DNA of 64,000 bases from Octopus sinensis (taxonomy: Eukaryota), in the NCBI RefSeq assembly GCF_006345805.1, contig NC_043019.1, positions 10,973,360-11,037,359 of the forward strand, written 5' to 3'. The translations under genes were made by a program, and so were the position numbers. Below, one piece after another: positions 36,099-50,237 of the stretch. The notes below the pieces were generated by a model, which made no database searches, was not told where the DNA came from, and worked only from the letters and a program-made list of their open reading frames with translations. The number at the start of each line of letters is the position of its first letter. Position 1 is the first letter of the stretch.

Positions 36099-37211
36099 GA
36101 AGCCTAGTACTTATTCTATCGCCTCTTTTGCCGAACGGCTAAGTTACGGGGATGTAAACACACCAGCATCGGTTGTCAAGCGATGTTGGGGGAACAAACA
36201 CAGCATGGGCGCAGTCAAATGACTGAAAGAAATAAATATATCCGGAATGACCCTGCAAGTAGTCTTTCAGGCGGGACGGGGTTATCCCCGCGCTACATCA
36301 GTTGCAACTGTGGCTATTTCCGAATTGTCGTGACCCGTTTTCAAATTGGTTCTGTTCGACGATTGGGAAATCCCAAGCTTACAACAGGAAACGTCACTGA
36401 TGAGGACATTGGCTAAAAACTTCTTTCCTGAAGTTTAAAAGGGCCTCCGAGTGAAGCGAGTGTTTCAGGATTCTTGATTTTTCTCTGCCAAGCAAAGATT
36501 ACATCGTTTGCTTCCGTTGATATATGATTCCGGCTTTTCGAGAAGCTTCCATTTAATTATATATGGCGTGCCCTCCTCTTTTAGGCGCCGTACATGGCTG
36601 GCTAGAGACGTAATGTTGAGCCTCTCCGATCACACACACACACATGTCAGGCTTCCTTCAGTTTCCGTATACCAAATCCACTCACAAGGCTTTGATAAAC
36701 ACAGAAATTTTGTGGAAGACCCTTGTCCAAGGTGCCACGCTGTGGTACTGAACCCGAAATCACGCGGTGGAGAAGAAAACTTCTTATCAAAAAGCCACGA
36801 TAGGGAAAGTGCAAACATGGCTGTGTGGTTACTAAGCTCGTTCTGGGTTCAGTCCCACTGCGTGGCACCTTGAGCAAGTGCCTTTCACTAAAGCCTCGGG
36901 CCGACGAAAGCCTAGTGAGTGGATTTGGTAGACGGAAACTGAAGGAAGCCCGTCGTATATATTTGTCTGTGCGTGTGTTTGTGTGTGTGCTTATATTGGT
37001 ATCTGTGTTTGTCCTCCTTGACAACCGGTGTCGGTGTATTTACGTTTCCACAATATAGCGTGGCATACACATGTATATATAGCATTATACACGCGTTGTA
37101 TAGTCATGTATATATAACATTATACACGTATTTTATACACATAGGGGAAGGTGTGGCTGTGTTAAGAAGTTTGCTGCCCAGCCACATAGTTCCGGCTTCA
37201 GTCCCACTGCA

Positions 37212-37301
<90 letters not shown>

Positions 37302-37933
37302 TGTACGTGTTTAGGTTTGTGTGTCTGTGTTTATCCCCCAACCCCCCCAACCCTGCCTCACTTGACAACCGATGCTTGTGAGTTTATGTCCCCGTAACTT
37401 AGCGGTTCAGTAAAAAGAGATCAATAGAATAAGTACTAGGCTTACAAAGAATAAGTCCGGGGTCGATTTCTTCGACTATAACCCTTTAAGGCGGTGCTCC
37501 AGCATGCCCACAGTCAAATGACTGAAACAAATAACAGAATGTATGTATCATATTATATTCACAATGCATTTTTCATGGCAAGTGAATATCGTATGCTATC
37601 GATCAGCCGAGGACTTACAGTAGGTCTTCTTTGAGGAGTGATCAACAAATTGTAAAACGGTCCGTCAAAAGGAAAAACATACAAGGAATGTGTTTACATT
37701 TTTATCATTTGCTTCCACAGTTAAAAGAATCTGTGATATACAATACACACACGCACACATACACACGTCTATATGTATTTGTGTGTGTGTCTAAACACAC
37801 ACACACATACATATATATATATACATATGTAAATTTACATATATATATATGTATATATATATATACTTACGTACATAGATGTTCATATATATATATATAC
37901 ATATATATATACACACACACATATATATGTATG

Positions 37934-37971
<38 letters not shown>

Positions 37972-38575
37972 CATACATATAAACACAGATTTACTAATCT
38001 ATCTAAAGCAGTTTGGAATGGTGTCTGTGTGTGTGCATGGATGGATGAGAAGGGGAAAGTGAAATAGCGAGAGAGGGGAACGGAGAGATGAAGGTGAAGT
38101 TTGTTTGATAAATACCTCAACAGATAATTGTTGTTGTTGTTTTCAGGTAGGTGGGCAAACTCACTGGAAGAAACATTTCACACCACCACCGCCGCCGCCA
38201 CCACCACCACCACCACCACCAACAACTCCACCACCACCACCACCACAACCACCGCCACCGCCGCCGCCACGTTAAACATCAGACATCATCGTTACAACAT
38301 ATCACCACCGTTGCCATCGCCACCACCTCCACCACCACACCACCACCACCACCAGATGAACGCCCCGTCCCCACCACCCCACCCACTGCTCCTGACCCTC
38401 AAACACACGGTGAGGAATTTATTTCTTCAGGTATTCCAGAAATTCTTCAGCAACATGTGTTTCTAGTTGTGTCAGGAAGTAAACTTAAAGAGCGAACATG
38501 GCGCCGCCGCCGCCGCCGCCGTGTGGGGCGGAAGCTCGGTGGAGGACGGCGGAACCACCTCTAGTTTACATAATA

Positions 38576-38623
<48 letters not shown>

Positions 38624-38671
38624 CAACAACAATAACAACAACAACAGCAGCAGCAGCAACAGCAGCAAGTC

Positions 38672-39290
38672 GAGGCGCAATGGCCCAGTGGTTAGGGCAG
38701 CGGACTCGCGGTCGGAGGATCGTGGTTTCGATTCCCAGACCGGGCGTTGTGTGTGTTTATTGAGCGAAAACACCTAAAGCTCCACGAGGCTCCGGCAGGG
38801 GATGGTGGTGACCCCTGTTGTACTCTTTCGCCCCAACTTTCTCTCACTCTTTCTTCCTGTTTCTTGTCCCCGGTTTCCTACGCAACCGCTGAGCCTGGAT
38901 GCGCATTCATCCAACCGTCGATGCTCTCGGTGTCGGGGGTTGACCTGCTTTCTCTTCTGCGGGTCTTATGAATAGCGAAGGACCACGTTTCGGACTTCTC
39001 CCACTACAGGAGGCGCGACCTTGCGAGCTCTGGGATGAAGACCGCTTCGCTCAACAAACAAACAAACAAACAACAAACAAAGCAACAACAGCAACAGTGG
39101 GGGCGCGATGGCCCAGTGGTTAGGGCAGTAGACTCGTGGTCGTAAGAACGCGGTTTCGATTCCCAGACTGGGCATTGTGAGTGTTTATTGAGCAAAAGCA
39201 CCTAAGCTTCACGAGGCTCTGGCGGGTGTTGTGGGTGAACCCCGCTGTACTCTTTCGCGACAACTTTCTCTCACTCTTTCTTCCTCTGCC
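38672..39290 (+). mobile_element. Two family E SINE copies (38672-38870, 39099-39290) with an intervening repeat-derived segment
   Basis: Same tRNA-like head and body as 16671-16974. Confidence 0.75.
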
Positions 39291-39575
39291 ACAAAGCAGA
39301 GGAACCATGGTGTAACCCACTGTGGTGTGGTAAACTTTCAGATCCTAGTCTAGATTGCGATTCGTCTATACCCCAGGATGGTTCAGCTCTCCACCCGTTA
39401 AAAGCCACCGTTTACGGAATGAGGATAACAACGTAGCTTTCGCGCCCGTGCAACCGCCAGTCTATCGCGTGTAGTGGGGTGGATCTTTAAGTTGCCACAC
39501 GCGTTCTTAGTAGCTTAGAGTAGGTTCGAATTAGAGATTATTCTTTGTGGTTAATGGCGTGAGTCCTGATTGGAA

Positions 39576-39607
<32 letters not shown>

Positions 39608-39799
39608 AGAAGACAGCAACAACAATGACGACGACGATGATGATGATGATGATTTCTGTATTAGCCACAAAAGGTTTACATAAAAAAAAGACATTATGGA
39701 CGGCGCAAGACAATACATTGAATGTGTGTTCGCATAGTTGTACATATGTGTTGTGAGGGTTTTGCATGTAAATAAGTTTGACGTAAAGAAAATACACAC

Positions 39800-40385
39800 A
39801 TGCAGTTTTTAACAACGTGTACCCCTCAATAGAGAGGGCTGCTCAGGGGAAAACTCCATGAACCTGCGGGTACCCTGACTTCTGGGGAAGGTACCTTTTC
39901 TCAGTTCCCCATCTCTGATTACAGACGTATGCTCAGGGGGGCCAGGCCCGTTCACCCGCACCATTCTCCCCACTTTCATCCACCTTTCAGCAAATTGGTT
40001 AGAAGGCAATACTTCCTTCTCCGTCCTTATTTTCCTTTTCAAGTGAAACTTGAAGAAGTTGGTCAGGGATTGGCCAAAGAGAAAAGTGTTTGTCTTCAGC
40101 CTCTTCAATCTCGCCCACCATACAAGCTCTTTCGCCATGGCCACCAGATACATATAGAAACTGCCTGGTTTTTCCGGTTAAAACAAGGCGGCGGGGTAAT
40201 CTTTACGATGGATTCAGTTAACAGCCGGATCTGTGCCAGACGCGACAGCGGGTGTTTGACATAAACCCACAGGTCAGCAATGACCGGACACAGAACGTGT
40301 GCATGCAGGGCGGTTCGTTGCCCTGCGCGCATCTCGGACACGCTCGGCTGACGGTCCTTCCGTGCCTGTATGGTTTATCTAGGCG
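39800..40385 (-). mobile_element. L1/Tx1-clade LINE 3' fragment (zf-RVT region)
   Basis: YRHG..VSRACPRCAQGNE..LHAHVLCPVIADLW (CCHC knuckle) ... VAMAKELVWWARLK...FFKFHLKRKIR; frameshifted. Confidence 0.85.
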
Positions 40386-40977
40386 AGCTGGCAGAAACAT
40401 TAGCACGTCGGGCGAAATGCATAGCCGTATTTCGTCTGCCGTTACGTTCTGAGTTCAAATTCCGCCAAGGTCGACTTTGCCTTTCATCCTTTCGAGGTCG
40501 ATAAATTAAGTACCAGTTACGCACTGGGGTAGATGTAATCGACTTAATCCGTTTGTCTATCCTTGTTTGTCCCCTCTGTGTTTAGTCCCTTGTGGGTAGT
40601 AAAGGAATATATATGGTTTATCTAGAAAGCAAAGATCCCTGATAAAACTAAAAATAATTATTTCTACTATAGGCACAAGGCCTGAAATTTTTGTTGCGTT
40701 GGGGTGGGGCTTGTCGATTATATCGACCCCAGTTCTCAACTGGTATTTATTTCATCGACCATGAAAAGATAAGAGGCAAAGTCGACCTCGGTGGAATTTG
40801 AATTCAAAGCGTCGAAACGGATGAAATACACCTTCAGTTTATATCCCGCGGGGTTCAGCTTTGTCGTTCAAACTTTCGCGGTTCTATTATGTAGAGTACC
40901 AGTCCGTATTGTGAGTCCATTTTCTCTTTCCCTCTCTCTCCTTCACTCTCTCTCTCTCACCCACTCTCTCTCTCCCT

Positions 40978-41017
<40 letters not shown>

Positions 41018-41547
41018 GCTGGCTACCGTATTTAATGGTATACAAGGCGGCGAGCTGGCAGAGACGTTAGCACGCCGGACGAAATGCGTAGCTGTATTTC
41101 GTCTGCCGCTACGTTCTGAGTTCAAATTCCGCCAAGGTCGACTTTGCCTTTCATCCTTTCAGAGTCGATAAATTAAGTACCAGTTACGCACTGGGGTCGA
41201 TATAATCGACTTAATCCGTGTGTCTGTCTTTGTTTGTCCTCTCTTTGTTTAGCCCCTTCTGGGTAGTAAAGAAATAGGTACATGGTCAAAGGGACACGCA
41301 GTGGGGAATGAACCCAAAACCACGCAATTGGGATGCAAGCTTCTTACCACACAGGCACGCCTGTGCCTATATATGTAAGAATAATTGTATACACACACAC
41401 ACACACACACACACTGAGTACATTATGTATGTATGTGTGTGTGTGTGTGTGTGATGTTTTTATTTATATGTATTTATTAAAGTTATTGACGTCTCCAACC
41501 GACAATCAAAATAACGTTATGAACACACATTAACACTTAAACACCCG

Positions 41548-41598
<51 letters not shown>

Positions 41599-42224
41599 AC
41601 AGACACACACACACACACACACAAAGGTGCCGACTCACTACGATGACGTTTATCCCTGTTGTTTGAAACACGCACAAATATCAGACTCTTTGAGATAAAA
41701 CAGAAGTTTATAGTTGTTATTGCAGTCAGTTTGACCGAAAATAAGGTCTCCATAGAATAAGAACCATTTTATGAAGCAAAGAAAACAAAACTAGACTCCC
41801 AAAAGTCTTTACGTACAACAAACAACAGGAAAATTCTGAGCCAAAAGTCAACTCCATTAAAAAAAAAAAAAGATACTCCGGAGTTGCTTCCCTTACATCG
41901 GAAGTTTTTCTTTTTTCTTTTCCTTTTACTCTTATGCATTTGTTTTGCAAAACTCTTGGTGTAAAATCGTGTATCGAAACAGATATTGTTATTCTTGGGA
42001 ATAGGCAGGACGAGAGGAGACACCTAAGACAAGGAGTCATTGAAGAGGTCACAGAACGTTTGACGAAAGAACTTTGACAGACAAATAAACAAAAATGGCG
42101 GCATTCTACTTGAAGCACCCCATAAAACCCCTCAAAATTTCTTTTTATTTTGGGGAATTTTCGGAAAATTTTTACCAATTTGTTTTCTGCACATGGAAAT
42201 TTACACGACTCCTTTCTCTTTTCT

Positions 42225-42460
42225 CTTTTCTCTTTTACTTGTGTCAGTCATTTGACTGCGGCTATGCTGGAGCACCGCTTTTAGTCGAGCAAATCGACCC
42301 CCAGGACTTATTCTTTGGAAGCCTAGTACTTATTCTATCGGTCTCTTTTGCCGAACCGTTAAGTTACGGGGACGTAAACACACCAACGTCGGTTGCCAAG
42401 CGATGTTAGGGGGACAAACACAGACACGCAAACATATACACACACGTGCATATATATATG

Positions 42461-42492
<32 letters not shown>

Positions 42493-42818
42493 ATATATAT
42501 ATTATATATATGTGAAATAGAAAGATGAATAATCTTGTAGTAGATTAATCAAAAGTTTAACCGTTACCTTAGTAGCAAAAATCACAGCAGTAAACAGCAC
42601 GGTTGGAGGTACAACCATCTGGCGTTGCAACCGTGCGTTGGTGCGGATAATTGAAATTAAAACGTTATTGGTGAATTGAAGAAATGGAGCTGAACGCAGA
42701 TTGAACAGAAATCGTTTTATTTCATTCCACACGTGCCTTTCGAAACACGTGTAGAATGAAATAAAACGATTTCTGTTCAATCTGCGTTCAGCTCCATTTC
42801 TTCAATTCACCAATAACG

Positions 42819-42883
<65 letters not shown>

Positions 42884-43048
42884 ACGGTCTTCTTTCAGTT
42901 TCCGTCTACCAAATTACCAAAGCCACTCACAAAGCTTTGGTCGGCCCGAGGCTATAGTAGAAGACACTTCCCCAAGGTGCCACGCAGTGGGACTGAACCC
43001 GGAACCATGCGGTTCGTAAGCAAGCTACTTACCACACAGCCACTCCAG
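42225..43048 (-). mobile_element. Family A SINE with a fold-back element (42510-42820) in its central (TA)n
   Basis: SINE halves at 42225-42450 and 42880-43048 separated by (TA)n-insert-(TA)n. Confidence 0.8.
42661..42820. repeat. 160-bp near-perfect palindrome
   Basis: Arms 42661-42735 and 42746-42820, one mismatch in 75 bp, 10-nt spacer CCTTTCGAAA. Confidence 0.95.
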
Positions 43049-44039
43049 GTCCATGAATTTTTTTTTTTTTAATCACTGTTTAAGATACGGACAGTCCGAA
43101 TTTTTAGCTAAAATACCAACAATAGACCATTAAATGTGTTTATGGGGGTAAAAATATTGAAAAACATCTAAACGTCAGAGTGGAAAACAAATGATGAAGG
43201 TATCAGGTGGTCGTGGGATGTGCTAAAAATAACAGCAAAAAGCCTTTACATGACACACCAATTTTTTTTGTTGGGAGGGGAGGGGGCATAATCGTATGAA
43301 TTCCCGTGTAGAGAAAACTCGAAAAAAAAATGAAAAAGCTAAGAGGAGTTATATGGCGTGCTTAGAGCCCTAAAGATTTTCTCCCCTCCATACACACGCA
43401 AACATATATCTGACTCATACAATGTTCACTTCCCAGACATTTGTACATTACTGCATATGCTTTATATGCACTTATGACAGGTTGTGTTGCACCTGAGCTC
43501 TGTATACAATAATTTCATTATTATCATTATTATTTTTTAATCAACAAAAGATGACTATCCTCAAATATGAAGGCATGCTGGTAAAACGCTGCTCCTCTAA
43601 ATGGAAACCTAACCTGTCGATTACATCAACCCCAGTTCGTAACTGGTACTTAATTTATCGACCCCGAAAGGATGAAAGGCAAAGTCGACCTCGGCGGAAT
43701 TTGAGCTCAGAACGCAACGACAGACAAAATACCTATTTCTTTATTACCCACAAGGGGCTAAACACAGAGGGGACAAACAAGGACAGACATAGGTATTAAG
43801 TCGATTACATTGACCACAGTGCGAAACTAGTACTTTATTTATCGACTCCGAAAAGATGAAAGGCAAAGTCGACCTCGGCGGAATTTGAACTCAGAACGTA
43901 ACGACAGACGAAATACCGCTAAGCATTTCGCCCGGCGTGCTAACGTTACTGCCAGCTCGCCACCTTATTATCCCACAATACCTTTGTCGCTTTTCCTCGC
44001 CACTAATCCTTTACAGAACGCCATGATGGATTATTCACG

Positions 44040-44345
44040 ATTGCATTACCTGACTGGTAGAGGATTATGAACTCTTGGCGATATTTTAGATACTAATACC
44101 CGGTTTCAGTTTTTGCGTCATCCAGGGCTGCAAGCTTTGTCAAAGAGACGAGCTGAGAAAATACCCGTCTCGGCGCCCACCCCTATTCACCGGAAAGCCC
44201 CAGCTCCAACGCATGCTTATGCGTCATCAGTTACGGCATGCCCAGTGCCACACACAGCGAATGGAGCGCCTGACCAATTGCAACTCGTCCCTTCCAAAGA
44301 AAACGGAACAGCAAACGCTCCAGTTTGATCAGATTTAAACTGGAG
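44040..44345 (-). mobile_element. L1/Tx1-clade LINE fragment (post-RT region)
   Basis: LIKLERLLFRFLWKGRV....LGMP*LM..KHAL resembles the F.W.G....GGLG.P motif. Confidence 0.65.
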
Positions 44346-44442
44346 CAAAACAATGTGGAAGTGAAAAGTAAATAAACCTTTGAGGAAGGGAAAATATATT
44401 TGTATTATTTATGTCTGGTTATGGTCTGTATGTGAAGGAATG

Positions 44443-44889
44443 GGATCTTTTCGGTTTGAACGGCAGTTTTTTCTAGCAGTGTCATATGAAATTGTCACCC
44501 ATAATTATGACCCTAGTATCGATCTATTGCATTTCAATCTGTTTTAGGATTAGGGTTAGTGGTGGGGGAAAGGGTATCTTTTTTTTCTTCAGAAATGTAA
44601 ATAAACCCAATGTTTCTTAAACGAGTTCGACTTTGCCTTTCATCCTTTCGGGGTCGATAAATATTCATACAGCACAGAATATTTTCACCTCAAAAGACGT
44701 CATTGATTGGTTGAAATTGCAGAAATTGAAGAAAAAACAACAATAAATATCTTACAAACTATAGAATTTTCTCAATAAAGCCAAGAGAAAAAGATGTTTT
44801 ATAAACACATTCTACCAGTATACGAAGTTTAAAAGTGTTTAGTTACGTGGAAATTATGTTAAAAACTGCCGTTCAAACCGAAAACATCC
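44443..44889. mobile_element. MITE with about 29-bp TIR GGATCTTTTCGGTTTGAACGGCAGTTTTT, copy 1
   Basis: TIRs at both ends; degenerate 8-bp TSD AAGGAATG/AAGTTATG (6 of 8). Confidence 0.8.
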
Positions 44890-45112
44890 AAGTTATGTAG
44901 TAAACAAAGTGTATTGTATTTAACCAGAGACATTCTGGTTAACGATAATCTGACTCGGAAATACGATCCCGTAATCTTATAAACTGAAATTTGAAGGGAA
45001 ACAATCCTAACATTATAGATTTTCTTTCAATGCTAGAGTTATTTCCCTTACATCGTATTTTTTCATTAGTCGTCATCGTCGTCGTCGTCGGCTTTAACTC
45101 GTATTCGAGGAT

Positions 45113-45370
45113 TTAGTTTCTTTGCTGAACGCTTCCTTTATGGCGATGCCGTTGATGATTCTGTAGACCTATCCTTGCATAGAAGAGTCGATGCATGGTA
45201 ATGGTAGAGAACAAGGCTTTCTCTTCTGTCGGCTGGTTTTTTTTTTCCTTTACTTTTCTGATGGCTTCGAAGTTCTTGCTTCCGATGGTGATGGACCACC
45301 CGCCACTTGGTACAGTCTGTAGCTTTTGTTTCAAATGTATCGAAGTTCCCGCCATCTCTGTCTGAACCCA
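45113..45370 (-). mobile_element. RTE LINE 3' end fragment
   Basis: FETKATDCTKWR..ITIGSKNFEAIR...MHRLFYARIGLQNHQRH, a decayed RTE C-terminal zinc-finger-like end. Confidence 0.7.
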
Positions 45371-45374
45371 ATGC

Positions 45375-45610
45375 TATAACAGCTTAAAGACCAAAGACCC
45401 ACAACTTTTCAATAGATTGCCAAAAAGGCCTCGGAGGGCGACGAGGTGTGGATGTGGATGTGTTTAAACAATTGGACATGTTTACTTAATATACCAGATG
45501 AACCCACGGCAAGAAACGTAAAGATGGGCATCTCTATCCAACGCATTACTTCATTAGGACTGATTCCAGAGAGAGGACCGCGATGCCTCAGCATGAAAAT
45601 GATTATAGGA
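45375..45610 (+). mobile_element. CR1-clade LINE 3' fragment
   Basis: SLKTKDPQLFNRLPK..VDVDVFKQLDMF..IPDEPT resembles the CR1 GPRLFN.LP...FK..LD..L..IPD.P terminus. Confidence 0.65.
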
Positions 45611-45698
45611 TAATAAAATACAAGAAGGGCGATTAAGAAATTTGGAAAAACATGGATTTTGGGAATAATTTTTTTTTTTTAATGTGAATTACAAGTGT

Positions 45699-46107
45699 GG
45701 ATCTTTTCGGTTTGAACGGCAGTTTTTTCTAGCGGTGTCATATGAAATTGTCACCCATAATTATGACCCTAGTATCGATCTATTGCATTTCAATCTGTTT
45801 TAGGGTTAGGGGTGGGGGGAAGGGTATCTTTTTTTTCTTCAGAAATGTAAATAAACCCAATCTGTTTCTTAAACGAGGGACATATTCATACGGCACAGAA
45901 TGTTTTAACCTCAATAGACGTCATTGATTGGTTGAGATTGCAGAAATTGAAGAAAAACAACAAATAGCTTACAAACTATAAAAATTTCTCAATAAAGCCA
46001 AGAGAAAAAGATGTTTTATAAACACATTCTACCAGTATACCATGTTTAAAAGTGTTTAGTTACGTGGAAATTATTTTAAAAAATTGCCGGTCAAACCGAA
46101 AAGATCC
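45699..46107. mobile_element. GGATCTTTTCGG-TIR MITE, copy 2
   Basis: Perfect 8-bp TSD ACAAGTGT (45691-45698 and 46108-46115). GG termini plus 8-bp TSD would fit Merlin or hAT; superfamily not established. Confidence 0.88.
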
Positions 46108-46631
46108 ACAAGTGTTTTTGAATGGGAGATATGAGAATGTTAGAATGACGAAAAATAACGAGAGAAACAAAAATTCAATTTAATCGTGGCAGCTATTCTA
46201 AAAAGTTAACGAAGAGATACGGAGTTAGGTTTTAAAAATCTGTTTTTTTCTTTTTTATATACAATGCAAATTACATGAGTTTTAGAATGTGAAATATAAA
46301 AAGATGAAAAATACCGGTTAAGAATTATTAACATTAAATACCATTTTATTCGTGTCAACAATTCCGAAAGTTTGCCCAAGGATCAGTTCTTCAATTCAAT
46401 GTCGCCATTTTCAAGACCAAAACTAAGATGTCCAACTACGTATAACTATAATTACTGCTGTAGTGAAGGAATATACAGTTGGGATATTGTAATGTTCATA
46501 TTTTCTCAACTGTATTTCTATAATAAATCATTACTGAGTCCGAGTCGCTCTCAATTGGACCTTACCGTTTAGTTCTATGGTACTTTCCATTACACGACAC
46601 AATTGTTTTTCTCAAAGGTATTAACCACGGT

Positions 46632-46865
46632 TAAAGGCGGCGAGCTGGCAGAAACGTTAGCACGCCGGGCGAATTGCTAAGCGGTATTTTGTCTCCCGCT
46701 ACGTTCTGAGTTCAAATTCCGCCGAGGTCAACTTTGCCTTTCATCCTTTCGGGGTCGATAAATTAAGTACCAGTTACGCACTGGGGTCGATATAATCGAC
46801 TTAATCCGTTTGTCTATCCATCTCTGTCCTCTCTGTGTTTAGCCCCTCGTGGGTAGTAAAGAAAT
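46632..46865 (+). mobile_element. Family C SINE, complete, with a 16-bp TSD
   Basis: AGGTATTAACCACGGT at 46616-46631 and 46866-46881; CpGs intact. Confidence 0.88.
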
Positions 46866-48112
46866 AGGTATTAACCACGGTAAATTAAAAAGTTAAAGCC
46901 CACACTCTCTTTACTCTCTTTTACTTGTTTCGGTCATTTGACTGTGGCCATGCTGGAACACCGCCTTTTAGTCAAGCAAATCGACCCCAGGACTTATTCT
47001 TTGTAAACCTAGTACTTATTCTATCGGTCTCTTTGCCAAACCACTAAGTTCGTAAACACACCAGCATCGGGTGTCAAGCGATGTTGGGGGGACAAACACA
47101 GACACACAAACATACACATACACATACATATACAAATACATATATACATATATACGAAAGGCTTCTTTCAGTTTCCGTCTACCAAATCCACTCAAAAGGC
47201 TTTGGTCGGCCCGAGGCTATAGTAGAAGACACTTGCCAAAGGTGCCACGCAGTGGAACTGAACCCGGAACCATGTGTTTCATAAGCAAGCTAATTGCCAC
47301 CGAACTTAGAACAACGTTCAAACTTTAAAATCATGAGCCCAATACTACTAACCACTATTCCACCCTCTTTCACATATAATCTCTCTATATTAATATTACT
47401 AAAAAGTCGTAGTTTGTGATGACATAAGCGACCCAACGGGGAAAGAAGGGACGCGTCCACCTGAGTAGCTACTAGAAATAGCAGCCTAATCTCCCGCAAA
47501 TCACCAAACACTTTTTAAAAACTGTGTAAAAACTGTGCTTGGGTGATTACGCCAAGATGAAATACTCACGATAGATTGTAGGTATAAATAGGACCGACTT
47601 GCCAACGAACGGCTTTATCACAACAAAACAGCTTTTACGAATAAAAGCTGCCCTAATTTTAGAAGGGTTGTTTTTTCCGGTTTAAAATTTTTCTGAATTG
47701 CTCGAGTTCTCTTTTGCAAGTTTTGGTTTTGTCCCAAAATTGTCCGTTCACGCATGTTGTATTTAATAGTTTAGCAGTTTATTTGTGAAATAATTGTAGC
47801 TATTCTGCAGTTGCTGTCAATGAAAAGGGTTTTCGTTAATATTAGTCATGCTGAAATAATAGCGACCAGCTGGAGCTGCCGCCTGTTTTACTTTTTGCTT
47901 GTTTTACTCTTTTACTCTTTTACTCTTTTACTTGTTTCAGTCATTTGACTGCGGCCATGCTGGAGCACCGCCTTTAGTCGAGCAACTCGACCCCGGGACT
48001 TATTCTTTTTGTAAGCCCAGTACTTATTCTTTCGGTCTCTTTTTGCCGAACCGCTAAGTGACAGGGACGTAAACACACCAGCATCGGTTGTCAAGCAAAC
48101 ACAGACACACAA

Positions 48113-48174
<62 letters not shown>

Positions 48175-48781
48175 TATATATACGACAGGCTTCTTTCAGT
48201 TTCCGTCTACCAAATCCACTCACAAGGCATTGGTCGGCCCGGGGCTATAGCAGAAGACACTTGCCCAAGATGCCACGCAGTGGGACTGAACCCGGAACCA
48301 TGTGGTTGGTTAGCAAGCTACTTACCACACAGCCACTCCTGGGGTTTTTTCATTCTTCTACTTTGGTTTAAATTTTTACATTATGTAATAACAAATTTTA
48401 TCAATATTTGTCTCAAGGGTGTAGCATCGATAAAAACCATAATTTGGAGTTTGTTTTGGTCATACTAATTTTTCTTGTCCAAATTAGTTTTCCTTTCAAA
48501 TTTGTTCCAGAATTTGCTTTGGTATATAAAGCACGCTCTATTACTCTTTTACTTGTTTCAGTCATTTGACTGCGGCCATGCTGGAGCACCGCCTTTAGTC
48601 GAATCAAATCGACCACATGACTTATTCTTTATAAGCCTAGTACTTATTCTTTCGGTTTCTTTTGCCGAACCGCTAAGTTACGGGAACGTAAACACACCAG
48701 CATCGGTTGTCAAGCGATGTTGGGGGGACAAACACAGACACACAAACATACACACACCCACATACAGCCACACACACCCAT

Positions 48782-48813
<32 letters not shown>

Positions 48814-50188
48814 TTCTTTATTGCCCACAAGGGGCTAAACATAGAGGGGACAAACAAGGACAGACAAAGGGATTAAGTCGATTACATCAGCCCAGTGCGT
48901 GACTGGTACTTAATTTATCGACCCCGAAAGGATGAAAGGCAAAGTCGACGTCGGCGGAATTTGAACTCACAACGTAACGACAGACGAAATACCGCTAAGC
49001 ATTTCGCCCTGCGCGCTAACGCTTCTGCCAGCCTTTTTTTGTTTGTTTGTTTTTTTCAGTTATAGATTAAACATATATTTGATATTTTTCATTATCCTGG
49101 TTAGGCCTACTCGCAAAAAAAAAAAAAAAGCCTAGTTTTGCATTTGTTAACGGAGCAGACGACCAGATACTTAGCGGCCATAGGTTTCATATATTGCAAT
49201 TCAAGCCATAGTTTCGTATCCATAATTGGTAATCTGGTTAATATTACATGATTTGATGGTCTTGGCGGGGATTTCTCTCATCGCTAGCGATATGAACAAG
49301 CGTGCATTTTGCACCTGAAGCCAATATGTGAATATTTCTCATGGTATCTACCGCACTACAGTTTGTTCTAATAGAACATCCACGTTCAAGTGGGTATAAA
49401 TATTCTTTTCTACTCTAGGCACAAGGCCCGAAATTTGGGGGCCTTTCGAGGTTGATAAAATAAAGTACCCGTCAATCAACTATCCCCCTCCACCAAATTT
49501 CAGGCCTTGTGCCAATAGTAGAAAGGATTATATAAGGCGGTGAGCTGGCAGAATCGTTAGCTCGCCGGGCAAAATACTTAGTGGCATTTCGTTTCGTCCT
49601 TACTTCCTGAATTCAAATTCCGCCGAGGTTGACTCTGCTTTTCAGCTTTCCAAAGTCGATAAAATAAATACCTATTGAGCCTTGGAATCGATGTGATCAA
49701 CTTACCCAACTCTCCCGAAATTGCTGGCCTTGTACGAGAATTTGAAATCTTTAATATTATTCCTCTCTCCTCTTCACAGCTTAATAAGTGAGCAGTCCAT
49801 TTTTTAAGGGACTGTTGGTAAAATATTTGAATGAAAGGTTGAGAGTATCGAGAACAAAGTAGAATGACGACACGGCAATGAACCAGCCCCTATATGGTCG
49901 TCTACAGGTTAGAAATAGCAGTCAAATCATTTTCATAACATCACAGCTTAGCATCTCTTAAGTGGGGTGAAAATAAACGATACATATGATAACTTGGTAT
50001 ATAAACTGGGTCTGAAATAGGTCGTGAATGGAATGACTTCTTTCTTCGTGTATTCATAGAGATGTAGAAATAATGTTGGTAGAAGGATTTGGTTGGGGAT
50101 CGCTATGTGAATGTTGCTTTCTAGGCTTCTTCGACGAAACTTATTCCGAAGGAGAGACAGAGAGTGAAAGGAAGGTAGAGAGAAAGAA

Positions 50189-50237
<49 letters not shown>

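Noticed and set aside
38147-38400. RWANSLEETF after an acceptor-like TTTTCAG, reminiscent of an RGS helix
   Set aside because: Runs straight into a triplet repeat with no further similarity.
44113-44340. Plus-strand 71-aa ORF and a 10-bp hairpin GCTCCAGTTT/AAACTGGAGC
   Set aside because: The region is the antisense of an L1/Tx1 fragment; the hairpin is short and does not match a histone stem-loop or a known ncRNA.
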